Below are positions 58,048 through 64,000 of a stretch of DNA of 64,000 bases, piece by piece (the stretch's first letter is position 1; each line of letters opens with the position of its first letter). This DNA is from Escherichia coli (GTDB lineage Bacteria > Pseudomonadota > Gammaproteobacteria > Enterobacterales > Enterobacteriaceae), in assembly GCF_003018235.1 (NCBI RefSeq), contig NZ_CP027437.1, one strand, 5' to 3'. The notes below the pieces were generated by a model. It made no database searches. It had not been told where the DNA came from and saw only the letters and a program-made list of their open reading frames with translations. Both the position numbers and the translations under genes were made by a program.

Positions 58048-58432
58048 TGCTGCCTCCGTGACTCTGCCTACATTCGCCCAGCTCCGTACACTCCAGCAGC
58101 AGAAAGCGCCGCGCCCCGTTCAGATCGCGCTGACGTTTCACCCGGTACACACTGTCACCGCAGACCACCTCATAATCAGCGGTGATCCCCCGGCGGTAAC
58201 GAATGGTGATGTAATGGGTGATGGCGTCCCCTGTCTGCGCGGTTTCCTGCCAGGTGGTGGCACTGGTCTGGATAACCTTCGCCCATGTCCGGAACGTAAC
58301 CGGGTATTGAGGCTCCACGCCAAAGTTATCCGCGGGCATATCCACCCGCAGGCGGATCAGGACGCGTTTATTCAGTTCACCGGGGTCCGGCAGAATGTAG
58401 GTTGCGCTGGTCTGCGCCTGACGAATTTTCAT
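58022..58432 (-). CDS. head closure / head-tail adaptor protein
   Basis: 136-aa ORF between connector and tail-completion genes. Confidence 0.5.
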   Translation of the reverse strand: MKIRQAQTSATYILPDPGELNKRVLIRLRVDMPADNFGVEPQYPVTFRTWAKVIQTSATTWQETAQTGDAITHYITIRYRRGITADYEVVCGDSVYRVKRQRDLNGARRFLLLECTELGECRQSHGGSNGDSLFSR

Positions 58433-58752
58433 TGCGGAAAGTACCTGTACGGGCCGACAAGCCAGCCAAAACTCTGCGGCATGTCGAGTTTCTCCACTTC
58501 CGTAACCGACGAGCGGTTTTCGTAAAAATGGCTGATAAGCATCAGCATCCCCAGACGAATATCATCCGGCAGGTGCAGCCCGTCCGGATCGCTCTCCGGA
58601 ATGGTTTCATCCGGTGCATAGAGCTTCCGGTTCAGATACGTTTCCGTCCGCTTTTGCGCCGCACAGGCCAGCAGTTGCAGATGGCGGTCATCAGCATCGA
58701 AATCCTCATCCAGCCGGAGTTGGGCTTTAATCTCTTCCATTGTCAGAAGCAT
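58429..58752 (-). CDS. head-tail connector protein (gp6-like)
   Basis: 107-aa ORF immediately downstream of the capsid module. Confidence 0.5.
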   Translation of the reverse strand: MLLTMEEIKAQLRLDEDFDADDRHLQLLACAAQKRTETYLNRKLYAPDETIPESDPDGLHLPDDIRLGMLMLISHFYENRSSVTEVEKLDMPQSFGWLVGPYRYFPQ

Positions 58753-58754
58753 AC

Positions 58755-58955
58755 TCAGCCCTCTTTACTGGTCGTGGCTTTTTTCTCTTTTGCCGCTTTA
58801 CTGCTTTTTGCACTGGTTCCGCGCTCTGCTAACCCGGCCTGAAGTGCAATCTCCTGCACCCGGGCAGGAAGCGCCCCATCGTCATACTCACCGGCCCGAA
58901 TGACCTCAACACGCATACCGTCCGGTGACCATTTCAGATCTTGTTTCAGGATCAT
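58755..58955 (-). CDS. hypothetical small phage protein
   Basis: 66-aa ORF with a Lys/Ala-rich tail, between capsid and connector; function unknown. Confidence 0.35.
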   Translation of the reverse strand: MILKQDLKWSPDGMRVEVIRAGEYDDGALPARVQEIALQAGLAERGTSAKSSKAAKEKKATTSKEG

Positions 58956-59004
58956 GATTCTTCACCCGTCAGAACAGGGGGCGCGGTTCCGCGCCCCTGA
59001 GTGA

Positions 59005-60210
59005 TTACGCCGCTGCAATCTTCAGCAGTTTGATGGCCTGCGAATCGACCAGCATCCCGCCGGTGCGCTTGGTGGTATAAAAACCGACAAACGGTTTATT
59101 GGTGTACGGGTCACGCAGAATGCGGGTGCCGATACGGTCAACGATGGTGTAACCCCGTTTGAAGTTACCAAATGCAATGGCTTTCGCATCAGCGGCGATA
59201 TCCGGCATCTGTTCGTTTTCAGCGATACCGTAACCCGCCAGAGAGGACGGCTGCCCCAGTTCCAGCCCCGGACGCCACAGATAGTTACCCTCGCTGTCTT
59301 TAAGCAGACGGATGGCAAACAGGCTGTTGTTGTTCATCATGAACTTCGCGCCAGTGCGGTGTGCCTTACGCAGCGTGTAAATCAGTTTGATAATGGCGTC
59401 TGCGGTCACCGCGGTCGCTTCGCCGGATACAATATGCTGAAGTTTGCCGAACGCCCGGACCTTGTCGGTTTCATCAGTGGATTCATACGCCAGGAACCCT
59501 TTCGGCTTCTTGGTGCCATCGCCTGAGGTAAAGGCAATTTCTTCCTGTTCGGCAAATTCGGTTGCCAGCTCGCTGTTGATCCAGGCCTCCACGTTGAAGA
59601 AGGCATCGTCCAGCATTTTCTGGGTAGCCTGCGGGTTGCCGTAGATTTCCCCCATGAGAGGTTCAATCAGCTCCAGTCTGGAGGTGGCAGTCTGGGATCG
59701 CGTATCCGTTTCCCCCACCCATCCGGAAGCCGTACCGCCCAGATTCACCAGTTTTTTGTAGTCGGAACCGCCAACGGTGATCACCGTGGCTTCCTGACGC
59801 ATCACCACTTCATCTTTCAGCAGGTTAAGAATGTTGCGATCCAGTTCTTCCGGCACGGCGTAGCCACCGTCTTCATCGGTACCCACCTGCAATGCCTTAC
59901 GCTCCAGATCGCGCAGACCGTCTTCACGGCCTTTACGTAGAAAGCCCACAAACGCCTCTTTATGCTCGGTGGCCAGTTTATTTTGCGCTCCACCTGCCGG
60001 ACGTTTCAGCTCAAGCAGCTCTTTTTCAAGGTCGCTTTTGAGATTTTCCAGCTCGCTGAGTTTCCCGTTCAGGGTTTCCACCTGCCCGGCAAGCTTGCCT
60101 TTTTCCTGCTCAATCGCATCCACGCGCTTGTCGTTCTTTGCTTTGAAGTCGTCAAACTTCTGCTGCAGCTCCTGCGCGACCTGTTCGACATCTTTAATAT
60201 CAACCGCCAT
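59005..60210 (-). CDS. major capsid protein, HK97 family
   Basis: 401-aa ORF with an N-terminal coiled-coil delta domain followed by an HK97-like fold region. Confidence 0.85.
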   Translation of the reverse strand: MAVDIKDVEQVAQELQQKFDDFKAKNDKRVDAIEQEKGKLAGQVETLNGKLSELENLKSDLEKELLELKRPAGGAQNKLATEHKEAFVGFLRKGREDGLRDLERKALQVGTDEDGGYAVPEELDRNILNLLKDEVVMRQEATVITVGGSDYKKLVNLGGTASGWVGETDTRSQTATSRLELIEPLMGEIYGNPQATQKMLDDAFFNVEAWINSELATEFAEQEEIAFTSGDGTKKPKGFLAYESTDETDKVRAFGKLQHIVSGEATAVTADAIIKLIYTLRKAHRTGAKFMMNNNSLFAIRLLKDSEGNYLWRPGLELGQPSSLAGYGIAENEQMPDIAADAKAIAFGNFKRGYTIVDRIGTRILRDPYTNKPFVGFYTTKRTGGMLVDSQAIKLLKIAAA

Positions 60211-60224
60211 CGTATTTCTCCTGA

Positions 60225-60911
60225 TTAGAAGTTCAGATTTTTCAGTGCATTCAGTGCAGAGCCCACATCCTCAGCGTCGCGCAGGGACAGTGCGCCATAG
60301 CCCCCGGCCATGAATGCTTTGGCCTGGGTACGGGAGAGTCCGACATCACGCAGGACTCTTTCGATTTTTTTCTGTTCGGGGATTTCCCCGCGGGCCAGCG
60401 CGTTCTTGACGTCGCTGATCCGCGCCTCGTCGTTAGACGGAAACGTCACCAGACTGACTTCCCAGAGGTCGATTTCTTTCAACAGAAAGGCTTCTTTGCT
60501 CCGGTCGTATTCCCAGTCTTTCAGGACGTACCCAATAGAAAGGCCGGTTAACGAACCGGCCTTCATGTGTGCATGTGCGCGTTTTGCGAGGGGATCATCA
60601 TCAATAAGCAACCGTCCCCTGACGTAAAGCCCGACATCGTCTTCCTTCATTTCGGTGTAAACACCGATGGGTTCATCCATGCGGTGCTGCCAGAGCAGCG
60701 CAGGTAACGCTTTTCTGTCACTCCACGCCCGCAGGGAAGCAGCAAATGCCCCGGACATCACCACATCATCGTGGCTGTCCTTTACACCAAAGACGGAGCC
60801 ATACCCTTCAAACTCACCGGAGTCACTGACAGATTTCAGACTCAGCGGTACATCAAGACGTTGTTTCGTCTGCATTGGCGTTATCCTTCTGCTTACCGGC
60901 TTTACTGCCAT
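60225..60911 (-). CDS. prohead maturation protease, HK97 family
   Basis: 228-aa ORF between portal and capsid; the true start may lie at an internal Met, since the track ORF overlaps the portal end by 59 nt. Confidence 0.75.
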   Translation of the reverse strand: MAVKPVSRRITPMQTKQRLDVPLSLKSVSDSGEFEGYGSVFGVKDSHDDVVMSGAFAASLRAWSDRKALPALLWQHRMDEPIGVYTEMKEDDVGLYVRGRLLIDDDPLAKRAHAHMKAGSLTGLSIGYVLKDWEYDRSKEAFLLKEIDLWEVSLVTFPSNDEARISDVKNALARGEIPEQKKIERVLRDVGLSRTQAKAFMAGGYGALSLRDAEDVGSALNALKNLNF

Positions 60912-62094
60912 CGGAGGGTTTCGTGGTCATGTTCATCGGTGTGAGATAGACATCCCCACCGGGACGCGGATTCATATCTTCCAGGTCGCGGCAGTCATTG
61001 GGAGAGTAAATTCCCCAGTTAATCCCGGTGGCGTAGGCTTCAAAACGGGACTTCATATCCCCGCGCAGTAACGCCCCGGCGTTAAATTTGGCGTAATAAA
61101 CGCCCTGCTTACTTTTTCGTACCAGTCCGGTGTTGATCCGCTGCTCAATGCGGGTCAGATACGGCACCAGTGAATAGTTGATAAATCCCAGCCCCAGCTC
61201 TTCGATATTGTTGAAGGTGGCGCGATCGGTGTTCTGCACCATGTGCAATGGCACACGGAACAGACGACAGATTTCTTCAAGCTGAAACTTGCGGGTTTCC
61301 AGGAACTGGCTGTCCTCGGCGTTCAGCGCCATCGACTTCCAGTCCAGCCCCATCTCAAGGATCATCGGGCGGTGAGCATTACCAAGCCCGGTGTGACGCT
61401 CCTCAAAATCTTTCTTCAGACGCTCATAAGCCTGATCCGACAGCGTCTGCTCTGTACGCAACACACCGGACGTCACCGCACCATTGCTGAACAGTCTGGC
61501 CCCGTGCTCTTCGGTCGCAGCTGCCAGCGATATTGCCTCGCGGGCATAGGCGATGGGATTCAGTCCCACCAGACCGTCCAGCGTCAGCGTGCGCACATGC
61601 CAGATATCTTCCTGGCTCAGTACATCCGTGGAGCCGTCCGGGAATGTGACCTGGTAAACCGGTTCCCAGCTACTGTTAAGCTTCGGTACCACACAACCTG
61701 GGTCGACGGGCAGCAGTTCAGCCACTTCGCCAAATGCTTTCACTTTGTAGGCGTAAAAGTTTCCCCGCAGGCACAGACAGGTGATCACCAGCTCCCAGAA
61801 CTCCTGCGGCGTCATATAGCCATTGGGATGCGTGGAGATCAGCTTATGCAGACGTTCGCCGGTGGCTCTCTGTTTCAGGCTGCCGTTCAGGTGATACAGG
61901 TTGCAGGGCAACATCCCGACCGACTCCGCCAGCACCCTGACGCAGGAAAAAACCGCCGTCAGTCGCATGGCCCGCTGGCTGCTGATCTGCTTTCCGGTAT
62001 AGGTGTCATATGACAGCCCGATAGCATCCGCCAGCTCTGCTGGCGTGGTCACCGGTGCGTCACTTTTTCGTTGAAATAATCCCGAAAAGAACAC
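60853..62094 (-). CDS. portal protein, HK97 family
   Basis: 413-aa ORF upstream of the protease/capsid genes. Confidence 0.85.
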   Translation of the reverse strand: MFFSGLFQRKSDAPVTTPAELADAIGLSYDTYTGKQISSQRAMRLTAVFSCVRVLAESVGMLPCNLYHLNGSLKQRATGERLHKLISTHPNGYMTPQEFWELVITCLCLRGNFYAYKVKAFGEVAELLPVDPGCVVPKLNSSWEPVYQVTFPDGSTDVLSQEDIWHVRTLTLDGLVGLNPIAYAREAISLAAATEEHGARLFSNGAVTSGVLRTEQTLSDQAYERLKKDFEERHTGLGNAHRPMILEMGLDWKSMALNAEDSQFLETRKFQLEEICRLFRVPLHMVQNTDRATFNNIEELGLGFINYSLVPYLTRIEQRINTGLVRKSKQGVYYAKFNAGALLRGDMKSRFEAYATGINWGIYSPNDCRDLEDMNPRPGGDVYLTPMNMTTKPSDGSKAGKQKDNANADETTS

Positions 62095-62276
62095 TATTTA
62101 CCTCCGCCGACAGACGGCTGTGTACGGTCGAGATATCGCGCCACCAGCCACGACCAGAACAGGCACAGCGCCCCGGCAACAACAAACCCCGCCGGGGGAT
62201 AAATCAGCCAGGCACCATACGCCAGCAAAAGCGCACCCAGCACGCCCACCAGAGGCGCGAGAATCAGCATGATCAT
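62094..62276 (-). CDS. small two-span membrane protein of unknown function
   Basis: 60-aa hydrophobic ORF wedged between terminase and portal, start/stop-coupled to the portal gene. Confidence 0.4.
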   Translation of the reverse strand: MIMLILAPLVGVLGALLLAYGAWLIYPPAGFVVAGALCLFWSWLVARYLDRTQPSVGGGK

Positions 62277-62287
62277 AATTACCTCAG

Positions 62288-63949
62288 TTAAAGCGAGCGG
62301 ATCCCGTAGGACTCAATGTGATCAGACAGCGTGTCTTCTTTCTCGTACAGCATGGCTCTGCCAACCGCCATAATCAGCGCAACTGCACCATCAATTTTGT
62401 TTTCCGCCTGCTCCTTGACGGGCTTCACCACATCATCGTTACCCGGAATGGTTTTGCCGACCACGTTGCCGATACACCAGGTCATGATGGGATTGCCGTC
62501 ATGATGAAAACGCCCCGATTCAATTGCCGCTTCCAGCTCTTTCAGCGGGTCGGACATGTTGGTGTAGTTCTGAATGATGGTGATGGGGTTCAGGTCTTCA
62601 TCCGCAAGGTCATGCGACAGCCCGGTCGCCCCGAAGGGGTCGATGGGTGACTCACTGACCGGGCTGATTTTGTTCGCCGCTTTGGCCTCCTCGAGGATGT
62701 AGCGATAATCCACCTCCGCACCATCGGTAACGGTCAGAACGCCCATTTCCACCCATTTCTGAAAGCGCTCGGCTGTCCGGCGATCTTCATTTTTCTCGAC
62801 GCTGTACACCGTGTCATACGGTACCCAGAAGCGCGGAGCCACACTGTAGTAATGCGTTTTACCGTCAATCTCGCGGGTATAAAGTCGCGCCATACTGTTC
62901 ATATCCAGCTTACGCGCCAGGTCAAAGGCCAGAATGCACGGCTGCCCCTCAAACTGCTCAAGGGTCAGTGATTTATCCTCGCAGCTCTGCCAGCTCACCA
63001 GGTTGAAATACGCCGAACGCGCCGACACCCAGATATTGAGGTGTTTTGTTTTAAAGACGTTTGCCAGACGGGCGTTATTTTTCGCACGCTGCTGCTGACT
63101 TAACAAAAATTCGCGATAAACCGACACGCCAATATTTGGATTGGCTTTTTCCAGCACCTGCGGGTCGGTCCAGTCGTCACCTTCATCAACGGTATAGATG
63201 ATCCCGAACAGTTCATCGTTGGGCACCGAGCCGTTGAGCATCTCGATGACTTCCCGCCGCTTGTCGTAGCACGGCCCCTCAATGTTGTACCCGGCAGTAG
63301 TAATGGCCCACATCAGTGGCTGACGTCGCGCCCCCATCCCGGTAAGCATCGTGGTGTAAAGCGCATCGGTGGCGTGCTCGTGATATTCATCCACCACCGC
63401 ACAGTGGGGTGATGATCCATCACCGGGGTTACCGATCAGCGGTTCAAAACGCGCACCATCCTCCGGACGGTTCATGTTTGAGGCGTTAACCTCAATCCCG
63501 AACGCTTCCGTCAGCATGGGTGTGCGTTTACACATCAGTCGCGCCGGGCGAAAGACTTCCCACGCCTGTTTCTCTGTCGTGGCACCGGAATACACTTCCG
63601 CGCCAAACTCGTTATCACAGGCAAAACAATACAGGGCGACACCGGCAGAGATTGCCGATTTGCCGTTCTTACGGGGGATTTCGGTATACACCTCACGGAA
63701 GCGGCGCAGCCGGGAGCCTTTATTGACCCAGCCAAACGCGCAGCAGATCACAAAGAGCTGCCACGGCTCCAGCGTGATGGGCATCCTCTTGAATGCCCAC
63801 TCACCCTTGGTGTGCGGCAACAGCTGAATAAATTTGGCGGCCCGTTCAGCCAGGTCCTTGTCGAAGCGGTAACGAAACGACTTACTTTTTTCCGCCATCA
63901 GGTCATCAAGATGGCGCTGGCAGGCCTGAATCACAAACTGGCAGGCCAC
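62288..63949 (-). CDS. terminase large subunit
   Basis: 553-aa ORF at the head of the structural module. Confidence 0.85.
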   Translation of the reverse strand: MACQFVIQACQRHLDDLMAEKSKSFRYRFDKDLAERAAKFIQLLPHTKGEWAFKRMPITLEPWQLFVICCAFGWVNKGSRLRRFREVYTEIPRKNGKSAISAGVALYCFACDNEFGAEVYSGATTEKQAWEVFRPARLMCKRTPMLTEAFGIEVNASNMNRPEDGARFEPLIGNPGDGSSPHCAVVDEYHEHATDALYTTMLTGMGARRQPLMWAITTAGYNIEGPCYDKRREVIEMLNGSVPNDELFGIIYTVDEGDDWTDPQVLEKANPNIGVSVYREFLLSQQQRAKNNARLANVFKTKHLNIWVSARSAYFNLVSWQSCEDKSLTLEQFEGQPCILAFDLARKLDMNSMARLYTREIDGKTHYYSVAPRFWVPYDTVYSVEKNEDRRTAERFQKWVEMGVLTVTDGAEVDYRYILEEAKAANKISPVSESPIDPFGATGLSHDLADEDLNPITIIQNYTNMSDPLKELEAAIESGRFHHDGNPIMTWCIGNVVGKTIPGNDDVVKPVKEQAENKIDGAVALIMAVGRAMLYEKEDTLSDHIESYGIRSL

Positions 63950-64000
63950 AATCTTTCCGCGAACGACATCCCGGGCATACTGATTGGCAGCATTTACGTT

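Larger units (their letters stand above)
45238..64000 (-). mobile_element. prophage late region (Mu-like contractile tail, HK97-like head), continuing beyond the window end
   Basis: Uninterrupted minus-strand block ordered terminase, portal, protease, capsid, connectors, sheath, tube, chaperone, tape measure, baseplate, fibre, invertible segment; the island appears bounded on the left by the argU fragment at 42154..42198. Confidence 0.8.

Noticed and set aside
62318-63827. Plus-strand ORFs of 110-117 aa
   Set aside because: Antisense within the terminase large subunit gene.

Overview
This window is an Escherichia coli-type chromosomal segment, read in the reverse orientation relative to the usual K-12 map. 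Gene identities were assigned by recognising the translated ORFs; no database search was run. Positions 1-17.3 kb hold the enterobactin iron-uptake cluster (entE partial, entC, fepB, entS, fepDGC, fepE, entF, ybdZ, fes, fepA, entD) with Fur-box-like sites in its three divergent promoters. Positions 17.3-18.8 kb hold a tandem triplication of a hok/mok/sok type I toxin-antitoxin unit, where K-12 has a single hokE plus IS186. Then come ybdK-ybdJ-ybdF-nfsB-ybdG, pheP, the cusCFBA/cusRS copper-silver efflux locus with a perfect palindromic CusR box, nfrB-nfrA-ybcH, and envY split by a complete IS100 with a 5-bp target duplication. A 45-nt argU-like tRNA-Arg fragment at 42.15 kb looks like a prophage attachment remnant; ompT and appY follow in an AT-rich island. 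From about 45.2 kb to the window end lies a prophage late region with a Mu-like contractile tail and an HK97-like head, read on the minus strand. It contains an invertible tail-fibre segment whose invertase is reduced to a 46-codon remnant, and a tail chaperone with an apparent programmed -1 frameshift. No rRNA, intact tRNA or CRISPR array was seen. I found no clearly novel multi-gene system; the most unusual loci are the hok triplication and the invertase-less invertible segment.
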